Shown: positions 20,812 to 30,421 of the stretch, piece after piece
How the letters are laid out: each line of letters opens with the position of its first letter
How positions within the stretch are numbered: position 1 is the first letter of the stretch
Position numbers and translations under genes: made by a program
Notes under the pieces: generated by a model
Told to the model about the DNA's origin: nothing
Database searches by the model: none
What the model saw: only the letters and a program-made list of their open reading frames with translations
Source: Candidatus Multivoradales bacterium
GTDB taxonomy: Bacteria > Acidobacteriota > Thermoanaerobaculia > Multivoradales > J023
NCBI GenBank assembly: GCA_965248925.1
Contig: CBDFLE010000005.1
Span: forward strand, 1,920,001-1,984,000
Length of the DNA stretch: 64,000 bases
Direction of reading: 5' to 3'

Positions 20812-23800
20812 ATGGTAGCTGCAAACCGACCGATAAGAGCCAGAAGCCACCCGGCCTACCGGGTCACTCCATGGATGGTTTGCTTGCTGCTGGTGGCAGC
20901 CTTGTGGGTCTGCCCAACAGCCGTTTGGGCGCAGGGTCCGCGCGCGGTATTGGTGGTCGGCAATGTGAGCCTGTCAGCAGCGGATGCGGCGGTCGCGATA
21001 CGCCTGGACGCCCTGGGATTCGAGGTGTTGGTGGTCGACGACTCCAAGGCAGCTCCGAGCGACGAGCGGGGTGCCGCGTTGGTGGCGATCTCATCAAGCG
21101 TTAGACCTGCCCGCCTCGACTCCGGCTTCCGCGACCTCGAAACCCCGCTGGTGGTCTGGGAGCATCAGCTTTTCGCCGCCCTGGGCCTCACCGAAGGCGA
21201 AGAAGACACTGATTTTGGCCGCACCAGCGGTGAGACCGAAGTGGCCATCGTCCAAGCTAGTCACCCCCTTGCCGCCGGCCTGAATGGCACCCCGACAACC
21301 ACTTCGAGCCCCTCCACCTTCGCCTGGGGCCGACCTGGTTCGGCAGCAGAGGTAGTGGCCACCGAGGTTGGCAACCCCGAGCATGCCACCCTCTTCGCCT
21401 ACGAGGCTGATGTCATCATGCCCGGCCTGCTGTCGGCACCGGCGCGGCGAGTGGCCCTCTTCATGGACGGCACCAGCAGCGCCGTCTTGACCGCGGAAGG
21501 GCTGGCGCTCTTCGATGCCGCGGTAATTTGGGCCAGCAGCCGGGGAGTTCCCAACTTACGACCGGTTGTGGCCATCACCGCGCCGGTTTCCGGAGCTACG
21601 TTCACCGTTGGCGAGAGCATCACTTTCACTGCCCAGGCATCCGATGCCGATGGCAACATCGCGTCGGTCAGCTTTCAGCTCTATGGCATATCGGTGGGAA
21701 ATGCCACTACCGCGGCTCCCTACTCGCTGCGAATCTCCAATTTACCGGCGGGGCTCTATGCGCTGCGGGCGCGGGCGGTCGACGAGCGGGGCTTGGTAAC
21801 CGTCTCGGAACCGAGCTACTTCCAAGTTGGCTCGCAAGCCTATAGCGCCTTGCTGGTCGCCGGAAATGATGGGCCAACGGCCGGTGATCAGGCGATCCTC
21901 GAACACCTCAATCGCCTTGGACTGATGGTCACCACGGCGGTGGACGAAACCGTCACAGCGGACAGCGACACGAGCCACACGGTGGTGCTGGTTTCGGCGT
22001 CGGCCCGCGCCGGTAAGCTCCGGTCGGTACTTCGTGACGTCGAGACTCCGGTGATGACCTGGGACCACGGTTTCTATCGTCGGCAACAAATGACTGGCCC
22101 GATCTCTAGCGTCGATCATGGGGTTGAGGGTGATCAAGCAGCAGTTACCCTCGACGCCGGCAACTCGTTTCTGGCGGCCGGCCTCCAGGGCTCGCCGCTG
22201 CTCTTTACCCATCCTCAGACCCTCGCTTGGGGAGTAGCGAGCGACGAAGCGCAAATCGTGGCGACGCTCGCCACCGACGACGGACGCGCAGCCCTCTTCG
22301 CCTACCAGCCTGGGGCAGCCATGGTCACGGCGATCGCCCCCGCCCGCCGCCTCGGCTTTCCCCTCGCCCGCAACGCCGCCAGCGAGCTGAGTGCGGCCGG
22401 CTGGCGTCTATTCGAGACCGCGGTAGCCTGGAGTGCTGGCTTCGATGCCTTTGCCAACAACCAGCCTCCACAAGTTGATTTGTCGGCTCCAGCAGACGGC
22501 TTGGCGGTGCCGGCCGGCGAACCGATCGCCCTGGCGGCCAACGCCGTTGATCTTGACGGCAGCGTGGCGGAAGTGATCTTCAAAGCCAACGGTGAGACTA
22601 TCGCGACCACAAGTGCAGAGCCCTACTCGGCGACCTGGATGGGTGCCGCCGTCGGTCGCTACGCGGTGACCGCGGAAGCGCGAGATGACCGCGGCGCGGT
22701 GACCATCTCATCACCTGCACGAGTCGAAGTCGGCACCCCGCCAGGCTCGGTCCTGATGATCGTTGGCAGCGAGCCGAGCTCAGGCGATACGACGGTCGCA
22801 GTCCGCCTGCAATCGACCGGTTACAACGTGACCCAGATCAGCTCCGAAGCATTCTCACCGGCCGACGGGCTGGTGGCCAGCGCGCTGCTGGTGTCCGCCA
22901 CCGCCCGCGCAGGCGACCTCGGTAGGGTGCTTAGTAATCTACCGATTCCGACGCTGACCTGGAATCACCATCTATTTGACAATCTAGGCATGACCGGCAC
23001 CGAGAACGGCGTCGACCACGGCCGTGCGCCGGATCAATTCCAGCTCGAGGTGTCCGGCGGATCGTTCCTGGCCGCCGGGCTGAGTGGCGGGGTTGGGGTT
23101 TCCTCGGCGCCGTCCCGGTTCACCTGGGGCATGCCGAACAGCGAAGCGGCGGTCGTCGCAACTCTGGTGGGCGACCCGGGCCGGGCAGCAATCTTCAGCT
23201 ATGAGCGCGGCGCCTTGATGCCCGGTGGTGTTGCCCTCGCCCGGAGAGTCGGATTCTTCCTCGGAACCACCGGTGCCAACAGCTTGGTCGACAACGGATG
23301 GGCCTTATTCGATGCCGCGATGGCTTGGACAGCTGGCCTTGAGCCTGGAAACCGGCCACCGTCGGTCAGCATCACCACGCCTGCGGCCGGGACCGAGTTT
23401 GCCCTCGACGAGACCCTTACATTCTCAATCGAAGCTAGCGACATCGATGGCACAGTGGCCAGGGTTGAAGTGCTGGCGGCGGGTACCACCATCGGCGTCG
23501 CCACAGCTTCACCGTGGCAAGTCGAATGGACCGCTTCCTCGGCGGGCGTGGTGCCGATCGCCGCTCGGGCCGTTGACGATCAGGGCGCGGCGACCCCCTC
23601 GGCACCGATCTCTATTGTCATCGGCGGTGCTTCGCGAACGGCCCTGCTGATCGTTGGCGAATCGGATCTTGGCGCGGGCGATGCCGCGGTGCGCTCTCAT
23701 CTTGAACGCTTGGGGTATCAGGTTGCGGTGGCGAGTGCGACGGATGTGACGGCGGCAGAGGCCGGTGAAGTGGCGGTGGTCTTGATCTCCTCCACGGTCA

Positions 23801-26800
23801 GAGCGCGCGAGATTGATCCGGCGTTCAGCGATCTGGAGGTGCCGATCATCACTTGGGAAAACCGGCTCTACGACGATCTCGGTTTCACCGGCGATCAGGC
23901 GAACGTCGATTTTGGGCGAGCCCGGAAGCAGATCGCCATTGATGTCACCGATGGCGCACTGTTCGGTCAGCCTGATCTCGCCGGTCTCACCGGTGTTACC
24001 ACCCGTCCCCGAGCCATGGCCTGGGGCCTCCCCGGCGCAGCAGCACAGGTAGTGGCGAGGCTCGCCGACGGCTCCGGCCTGGCGACCCATTTCGCCTATG
24101 AGGCTGGCAGCGAGATGGCGGTCGGAATAGCTCCTGCAAGGCGTGTCGCCCTCGGCCTGCACAACGGTACCGCTGCTGCTCTGGCGCCAGCCGGCTGGGC
24201 GCTCTTCGATGGCGCCATCGCCTGGGCCACCGGCATCGAAATCGCCCCGCTACCCGACGACACGACCCCGCCAAGTCTGGCGATCACGGCCCCGGTAGAC
24301 GGCACCATCGTCAACACCTCAACTCCGACCATCACCCTGACCTATGACGATCCGCGCAGTGGCATCGAGGCCACGACTCTCGAAGTGCGGCTCGACGGTG
24401 GAGTGATCACCTCCAGTTGCCAGGTCACCGCCAGTGGGGCAACCTGCCAGGCGATTGCACTCGCCGAGGGCAGTCATGGCTTGACAGCGACCATCGCCGA
24501 CCTGGCGGGGAACTTGGCGACGGCGGAGGCTAGCTTCTCGGTTGAATTGTTGGTGCCAGATGCGGTTTCGCCAAGTATTTTGGTTCTTGCCCCTCATACC
24601 GGAGAAATCTTGATCGCTGAACTGCCGAGTGTGATCGTCACCTATTTCGATAGGAAAAGTGGGATCGCAGAAAGCAGCTTCCTGGCAGACCTCGACGGAG
24701 TTGCTCTAGCATGCACCGTCGGTCCTATCGAGGCCTCCTGCGACGTTACCGAACTTGCGGCAGGCCGTCACACCCTCGCTGCCAGTGTTCAAGATAGTGC
24801 CGGGAATGAAGCGGCCATCACCTTTGAATTCACGGCGCTATTGGCAAGACCAGATACCAGCGCCCCAGATCTACAAATCTCCTCGCCTCTCGACGGTACA
24901 CTTGTCGGCGACGCCACGCCCGAGATCCGAGTAGCATATGCGGACGACGACTCGGGGCCAGATCTGCAATCACTCTTGATCGAAGTCGACGGCGTCGATC
25001 TCATCTCCTGGTGTCAGATCACAGCCGACTTCGCCGCCTGCGAATCCACCACCCTGGCTTCCGGCAGTCATTCTGTCGTGGCCGAGATCAGCGACCTCGC
25101 CGGTAACACCACGACTGTTAACCGAGTGTTCACTCTAGATCTCGATCTACCGGTGGTGATCACCTCACCGCAATCGGGTCTCCTCACCCAAGCGTCGACC
25201 CTCGATGTCATCGGCACCGTATCGCCCTTGGCCGACTCGGTCGAAGTTGCTGGGATCACCGCCCAGCTCAGCGAAGGCTCGTTCGAAGCACTCAACGTTC
25301 CGCTCACAGAGGGTAGCAACACCCTGACCGTGATCGCCCGCAACGTGGCCGGTGGCAACGGCCTCGCCAGCGTAACCCTGGTACGCGATACTGAAGGGCC
25401 GCGAATCACCTTGATCAACCCTCCCGATGGCTTCGTCACCACTTCCCCGCACCTCATCATTACCGGTGAAGTCGTCGATCTTACCTCCAGCAACACTGAA
25501 GCGGCCGTCGTTTCGGTGGAGGTCAATGGGCTCGTCGCGGAAGTCGACCACCGGAGCTTCGTCGTGCCGGAGCTGCTCTTACAACCTGGGGAGAACTCCA
25601 TCACCGCTGTCGCCCGAGATGCGCTTGGCAACAGCCACAGCACAACGCGAATCATCCACCGGGTGATTGATTCCTCAGCCCGTCTAGAGGAGATCAGCGG
25701 CAACCTCCAGTCAGCGGCCGTTGGCACGGCGCTCGCCGAGCCGCTGGTGGTGCGCCTGACAGATGCCTTTGGAACGCCGCTGATCGGTCAACAAATCACC
25801 TTTGAAGTGACCCGTGGTGACGGTTCTCTGATCGACTTTCCCGAGGCCGTGCGCACTTTCCGAGTTCGCACCGACAGCAATGGACTAGGGTCGGCGAACT
25901 TCACCCTCGGCCGCCGGGCGGGATCAGGAAACCATGAAGTCACCGCCTCTGCTGCCGGCCGAATTGGCTCGGTGATCTTCTGCGCCTCGGGCACTTCCAG
26001 AATTCCAGAGCGAATCGTCAGGATCGCTGGCGATAATGCGATGGGAAGCCAGACCGCGATTGCCGGCAAGCGTTTCGCCAAGCCCCTGCTTACCCAAGTC
26101 TTCGACTCCTACGGCAATCCAGTCGCCGGGGTCACCGTCACTTACCAGGTTACCGATGGCGGCGGCAGCTTTGCGGGTCAGGCCACGGCTTTCGCTACCA
26201 CCGATGCCGACGGCAAAGCAGCCGTTTTCTTTGCTCTCGGCCCCGAGGAGGGGGTCAATAACAACCGAGTAGAGGCAGCGTTCGATGATGGGCAGGCAGC
26301 GCCCGCGATGTTCCAAGTCGGCGGCCAGATCCCCGGACCCGTCGAGCTGACCTCAGTGATTGGCGTCGTACTCGACAACGCCGATTTACCTGTGCCGGGC
26401 GTCACGGTGACGATCGCCCACTTGACAACGGTGAGCGATGCGCAAGGGCGCTTTCAGATCACCTCCACACCCGCCGGCAGACTGATGCTCGAAGTCGATG
26501 GAGCAACGGCCACCCGCCCTGGCACCTGGCCCCATCTGGAATTCGAACTGATCGCTGTCAGTGGCCGAGAAAACCAACTCGGCATGCCGATTCGTCTGCT
26601 GCCACTCGATGATGGCGGCGTGCGCTTGGTGGGCGGAAATCAAGACGTGACCCTACCGATCGCCGGCGTAGCTGGTGTCGAGTTGACCGTCTTCGCAAAC
26701 TCGACCACCTTCCCCGATGGCAGCTCCACCGGCGCCCTCTCTCTCACCCAGGTTCACGCCGACAAAGTACCGATGGTAGCTCCCATGGGCTCCAACTTCA

Positions 26801-28617
26801 TGCTCGCCTGGACCGTCCAACCGCCAGGGGTGAAGTTCGACCCACCGGCACGGATCGCCATCCCCAACATGGGCGAGGCGCCGGGTACGGTGGTCGACAT
26901 GTTCAGCTTCGATCATGAGCTGGGAGAATTCGTCTCGATCGGTACCGCGAGCGTCAGCGAGGATGGCAGTCAATTGCTCTCGAATCCTGGATCGGGAGTG
27001 ATCAAGAGCGGCTGGCACGGTTGCGTGCCGCCGCCGGCACCCCCGAGCAATCTCTGCAAAGGTGGAGCGTGCACTGCCTGCGCACCCACCGGCCCGGTCA
27101 GTACCTGCACCGAGTGTCAGCACTGCGACGGACCCGACGGCTGCGAACCCAACAGGATTGTCGATATTCAAGTCACCATCGAAGAAGATCGGGATACCGT
27201 GCCCGAAGGCAATACGCCGATCTCGCCCAGAAGAGCCCAGACCCGACCCATAGCGACACCGGCCAAGCAAGCGACACAACAACGCACCGTTGGGCTCAAC
27301 GCGATGGTGAGCTTCACCGCCAAAGCCACCCCCGAAGGCGAGTGCCAAGACCCGCTGACCTATGAGTGGGACTTCGGCGATGGCGAAACCGACATGGGCA
27401 AAACAGTCGAGCACCGCTTCAAAAAGAGAACCGTGGCCAACGATGATATGCCATTCATGACCACCGTCACCATCGCTTGCCCGAGCTGCCCGGACATGAC
27501 ACTTGACGAAGTCTGGGAAGTAGAAGTCGAGGGTAGCATCGAGATCCAGCGGGTGATCTCGGATCAGCTGCCAGGGCTGACCTGCAACTTCCTCGATCGT
27601 GCCGCAGGGGACGGCCCCAACAACCCGATGCTGATGGGCTGCAGGAGTGGTTCAGACGCCCAGATCCGGGTCGTCACCAAGATTGAACCACCAGCAGCGG
27701 AACCGCTAGCGCGAATCCAGGTGCGCCGCAAAGGCGGCACTGAGCGCAAGGGAGAGAACTTCGCCAAGCAGGCACCCGCCGAGACGGCGGTGATGTTCCA
27801 GGCAGACAATGGTGCAGAAATCTACGAGATCGTCGCTGGATTCTTTGAGAACGATACTGTCGGACTAGAGGATGAAGAGATCATGAACGGCGACATCTTT
27901 CCGCACAATGTGCAGGTGGTTACTCTTGGGGACTACGAAGGTGCGGCAGGAACACTGGAGTTTCAAGGTGCAATTCCGGGGACCGGCGTAGCCGGCGCCC
28001 TGCTGCGAGCATATCTCACGGGCGCTACCCCTCCACGCGCACTAGCTACGCCAAGACCTACAGCAGCAAGCAGTCTCGACCATCCAGTCGGCATTCTCCC
28101 TGCGGCAGGATCATGCACCGACACTTCTACCTTCGAGTACTCTTTCTCGTCGTCTACGTCCGAAAGTACTGAAGTAGCAAAGACCGATCAGATCGAAGAA
28201 ATCATCCGCGAAATAGTCATGCCCCACTCCGAATCTATCCGGGCGTTCTTCGCGAATTCGGACAGTCCAACCGCGATATTCCCGCAGGCGACTGGTGAAG
28301 GTCCCTGGACCGACTCTAGAGGCATCACTTGGTCGCAAATGAATCACCCTCTACTATTCCTGGCCTTTGGCAGTGTCCGCATAAACACGGAAGTCTTAGA
28401 AGTAGAAGTTCGAAAGTTCGACCTCAAAGTACTCAGAGTCAGATTTCGAGGTAACTTCGAGGATGCGTACGATTTCGCTATCAAGAAGTTCGGAAACCGC
28501 AACGGTGCAATCACCCAATCCGGCTATTCTTCACTAGGGCAAGAAGGCCATGTTTTCAGAGACTCAATCGAGTTTGAGCGCACCGCAAACTACTCACTAG
28601 GTATCTTCTTCCCATGA
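20812..28617 (+). CDS. Giant secreted Ig-repeat protein (2601 aa) with ZU5-like domain, PKD and a low-GC C-terminal putative toxin domain
   Basis: Signal peptide; four ~300-aa modules; many Ig/Big domains; QPPGVKFDPPARIAIPN...KSGWHG; YEWDFGDG (PKD); DAYDF in the low-GC tip. Confidence 0.8.
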   Translation: MVAANRPIRARSHPAYRVTPWMVCLLLVAALWVCPTAVWAQGPRAVLVVGNVSLSAADAAVAIRLDALGFEVLVVDDSKAAPSDERGAALVAISSSVRPARLDSGFRDLETPLVVWEHQLFAALGLTEGEEDTDFGRTSGETEVAIVQASHPLAAGLNGTPTTTSSPSTFAWGRPGSAAEVVATEVGNPEHATLFAYEADVIMPGLLSAPARRVALFMDGTSSAVLTAEGLALFDAAVIWASSRGVPNLRPVVAITAPVSGATFTVGESITFTAQASDADGNIASVSFQLYGISVGNATTAAPYSLRISNLPAGLYALRARAVDERGLVTVSEPSYFQVGSQAYSALLVAGNDGPTAGDQAILEHLNRLGLMVTTAVDETVTADSDTSHTVVLVSASARAGKLRSVLRDVETPVMTWDHGFYRRQQMTGPISSVDHGVEGDQAAVTLDAGNSFLAAGLQGSPLLFTHPQTLAWGVASDEAQIVATLATDDGRAALFAYQPGAAMVTAIAPARRLGFPLARNAASELSAAGWRLFETAVAWSAGFDAFANNQPPQVDLSAPADGLAVPAGEPIALAANAVDLDGSVAEVIFKANGETIATTSAEPYSATWMGAAVGRYAVTAEARDDRGAVTISSPARVEVGTPPGSVLMIVGSEPSSGDTTVAVRLQSTGYNVTQISSEAFSPADGLVASALLVSATARAGDLGRVLSNLPIPTLTWNHHLFDNLGMTGTENGVDHGRAPDQFQLEVSGGSFLAAGLSGGVGVSSAPSRFTWGMPNSEAAVVATLVGDPGRAAIFSYERGALMPGGVALARRVGFFLGTTGANSLVDNGWALFDAAMAWTAGLEPGNRPPSVSITTPAAGTEFALDETLTFSIEASDIDGTVARVEVLAAGTTIGVATASPWQVEWTASSAGVVPIAARAVDDQGAATPSAPISIVIGGASRTALLIVGESDLGAGDAAVRSHLERLGYQVAVASATDVTAAEAGEVAVVLISSTVRAREIDPAFSDLEVPIITWENRLYDDLGFTGDQANVDFGRARKQIAIDVTDGALFGQPDLAGLTGVTTRPRAMAWGLPGAAAQVVARLADGSGLATHFAYEAGSEMAVGIAPARRVALGLHNGTAAALAPAGWALFDGAIAWATGIEIAPLPDDTTPPSLAITAPVDGTIVNTSTPTITLTYDDPRSGIEATTLEVRLDGGVITSSCQVTASGATCQAIALAEGSHGLTATIADLAGNLATAEASFSVELLVPDAVSPSILVLAPHTGEILIAELPSVIVTYFDRKSGIAESSFLADLDGVALACTVGPIEASCDVTELAAGRHTLAASVQDSAGNEAAITFEFTALLARPDTSAPDLQISSPLDGTLVGDATPEIRVAYADDDSGPDLQSLLIEVDGVDLISWCQITADFAACESTTLASGSHSVVAEISDLAGNTTTVNRVFTLDLDLPVVITSPQSGLLTQASTLDVIGTVSPLADSVEVAGITAQLSEGSFEALNVPLTEGSNTLTVIARNVAGGNGLASVTLVRDTEGPRITLINPPDGFVTTSPHLIITGEVVDLTSSNTEAAVVSVEVNGLVAEVDHRSFVVPELLLQPGENSITAVARDALGNSHSTTRIIHRVIDSSARLEEISGNLQSAAVGTALAEPLVVRLTDAFGTPLIGQQITFEVTRGDGSLIDFPEAVRTFRVRTDSNGLGSANFTLGRRAGSGNHEVTASAAGRIGSVIFCASGTSRIPERIVRIAGDNAMGSQTAIAGKRFAKPLLTQVFDSYGNPVAGVTVTYQVTDGGGSFAGQATAFATTDADGKAAVFFALGPEEGVNNNRVEAAFDDGQAAPAMFQVGGQIPGPVELTSVIGVVLDNADLPVPGVTVTIAHLTTVSDAQGRFQITSTPAGRLMLEVDGATATRPGTWPHLEFELIAVSGRENQLGMPIRLLPLDDGGVRLVGGNQDVTLPIAGVAGVELTVFANSTTFPDGSSTGALSLTQVHADKVPMVAPMGSNFMLAWTVQPPGVKFDPPARIAIPNMGEAPGTVVDMFSFDHELGEFVSIGTASVSEDGSQLLSNPGSGVIKSGWHGCVPPPAPPSNLCKGGACTACAPTGPVSTCTECQHCDGPDGCEPNRIVDIQVTIEEDRDTVPEGNTPISPRRAQTRPIATPAKQATQQRTVGLNAMVSFTAKATPEGECQDPLTYEWDFGDGETDMGKTVEHRFKKRTVANDDMPFMTTVTIACPSCPDMTLDEVWEVEVEGSIEIQRVISDQLPGLTCNFLDRAAGDGPNNPMLMGCRSGSDAQIRVVTKIEPPAAEPLARIQVRRKGGTERKGENFAKQAPAETAVMFQADNGAEIYEIVAGFFENDTVGLEDEEIMNGDIFPHNVQVVTLGDYEGAAGTLEFQGAIPGTGVAGALLRAYLTGATPPRALATPRPTAASSLDHPVGILPAAGSCTDTSTFEYSFSSSTSESTEVAKTDQIEEIIREIVMPHSESIRAFFANSDSPTAIFPQATGEGPWTDSRGITWSQMNHPLLFLAFGSVRINTEVLEVEVRKFDLKVLRVRFRGNFEDAYDFAIKKFGNRNGAITQSGYSSLGQEGHVFRDSIEFERTANYSLGIFFP
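20941..24235 (+). repeat. Four tandem ~900-bp intragenic modules (alpha/beta domain plus Ig domain)
   Basis: Modules start near 20941, 21841, 22744 and 23635; each has ALL.VG...GD.A...L..LG...WG.P...A.RR..F...GW.LFD.A..WA. Confidence 0.85.
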
Positions 28618-30371
28618 CCACTAGTCGACTCAGGACGTCAGCTCTAGCCATTCTCTTCTACCTGACCTTGATGGGCGAATCACATCCGACGCATGCAAAA
28701 TCACAGAGCACTCGGTGGTGCGAAACAACGATGGACTCGCCCCTTCCGATCTCTATTTTAACGAGATCAAATAGGGATGCATGGCCATCTATAACAATCG
28801 CAGATATTAAGGGAAATGCGAAATGTCATGATCTCATATGGCGTACACTCGACGAGCTATCAGCTATTCTCACTTCTCCACCGTCTGCAGATCACAAATT
28901 CGTCTCACTAAAACTCGATCAACTAACGCTGATGCGGCATGCGGCAATCCAATCTCCAGGCTACGGAAACCAACTAGTCACGAGCGCCATCGACTCAACA
29001 TGCCTCACAGTCCTTGCGAAGCATTTTGACCAACAATGGTTGGTAGAGCCATATCTCCGACATCAGCTAAATGAACTTATGGCAAGAACTCTAAAGGTCT
29101 CCCATTGGATGTCCTGGATCAAACAAGAACATCCTGACCTGGACCTCTTCATCACTGAAAGCGACAGTGACAGGCTCCCGGCGGCGGCGTTGCGCATCAT
29201 CGCCAACACGGGCTCACTCCTCTCTGATGGGCCTGGTTTGCTGGATCCCCGAGGCCTACGAAACCTAATCGACGAGCCAAACACTCACGTTCTGTTGTGG
29301 CGAGCACTAGGAATTTACATCGAGACCCAACTCAGCCTGCGTTACCTAGTAGACTACATTGAAAAGACACCAGAACGCCCCTCTGAAATACCTGATGCAG
29401 CGGCAGTAGAATTCACTCTAGCTCTAGATGAAGAAACACGTTCCATGTCTAAAGAACGGACACTTGGGATGGCCGTATTCCCTGCGCAATCCGTCGTCGA
29501 ACTGTTAGAGAGCTTGCACAACGGATTCATCGATTGGCGATATGGCTTTGACTACTCAAGAAAAGGGATACATGAATTTGTTTTCCCGAAGCTACGAGCA
29601 CATCTCAACACACCACGAGATGCCCGTGCAGTCAATTTACCTCTTCCGCTTGAACTCGTAGTCCAGGGCCACCATTGGTTCGCGGATTCCATCCCTTCAG
29701 TGGCAAAATGGAATACAGAAGAGCCCCCTGAATTCGCCGGTGCACGCCTTCGCATGCTCTGCAACGAGGGCAAAGAACAGTTCTGGTACCTGCCGATCGA
29801 GTCCGGGGACTCGATCGTGACGGCTAGCCAATGGCGAAAGGAGAGAGTGCCGCCCAATAGCAGTACGTCACTAGAGTTCGTTCTCTTATCTCCACCGATT
29901 GAAGAGCCTGGAACATACAGCTTCAGACTAGAGATATTTGACCGCCCCTTCGCTACGAACGGACCGAGCGATCCGGAGCTACTTACACTCCGGGCTCCCG
30001 CTATTGAGATCAATGTCCGCACCCGGACTCCTGCAGAGGATCGCTGCTGGCAGTCCGGACAGGCCCTCCTGGAGCAGTCATTTTCGGATCCGAAAGGCGA
30101 TTGGATTCGGGCATCGGATCCCGATGAAACCACCCGCTTGCTCGCCACTGTAGAGCGGCTCAAGGAGCCTTGCGAAAAGACCCCCTATGCCCCATATCTG
30201 GCGCTGGTCCGCACAATGTTGGTCGTCGAGGAGTCCGGTCCTGAGCCCGCACCCCAGGAGGCAATGACAACGCTGAAACAGTTGTCGGCAGACCAAGACT
30301 TCGCGTTCCGGCTCGCAGCCGACGAACTCGGACAGCAGACATTTGGCCAACGATGGGCAGTTGCACCGTGA
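28614..30371 (+). CDS. Secreted hypothetical protein, candidate immunity protein
   Basis: ATGA overlap with the upstream stop; N-terminal signal-like segment; low GC over most of its length. Confidence 0.6.
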   Translation: MTTSRLRTSALAILFYLTLMGESHPTHAKSQSTRWCETTMDSPLPISILTRSNRDAWPSITIADIKGNAKCHDLIWRTLDELSAILTSPPSADHKFVSLKLDQLTLMRHAAIQSPGYGNQLVTSAIDSTCLTVLAKHFDQQWLVEPYLRHQLNELMARTLKVSHWMSWIKQEHPDLDLFITESDSDRLPAAALRIIANTGSLLSDGPGLLDPRGLRNLIDEPNTHVLLWRALGIYIETQLSLRYLVDYIEKTPERPSEIPDAAAVEFTLALDEETRSMSKERTLGMAVFPAQSVVELLESLHNGFIDWRYGFDYSRKGIHEFVFPKLRAHLNTPRDARAVNLPLPLELVVQGHHWFADSIPSVAKWNTEEPPEFAGARLRMLCNEGKEQFWYLPIESGDSIVTASQWRKERVPPNSSTSLEFVLLSPPIEEPGTYSFRLEIFDRPFATNGPSDPELLTLRAPAIEINVRTRTPAEDRCWQSGQALLEQSFSDPKGDWIRASDPDETTRLLATVERLKEPCEKTPYAPYLALVRTMLVVEESGPEPAPQEAMTTLKQLSADQDFAFRLAADELGQQTFGQRWAVAP

Positions 30372-30421
30372 GCGACCACAAGACTAGCTCCATAGATTTT
30401 CGCTAGGAAAAGAGGCATCGC

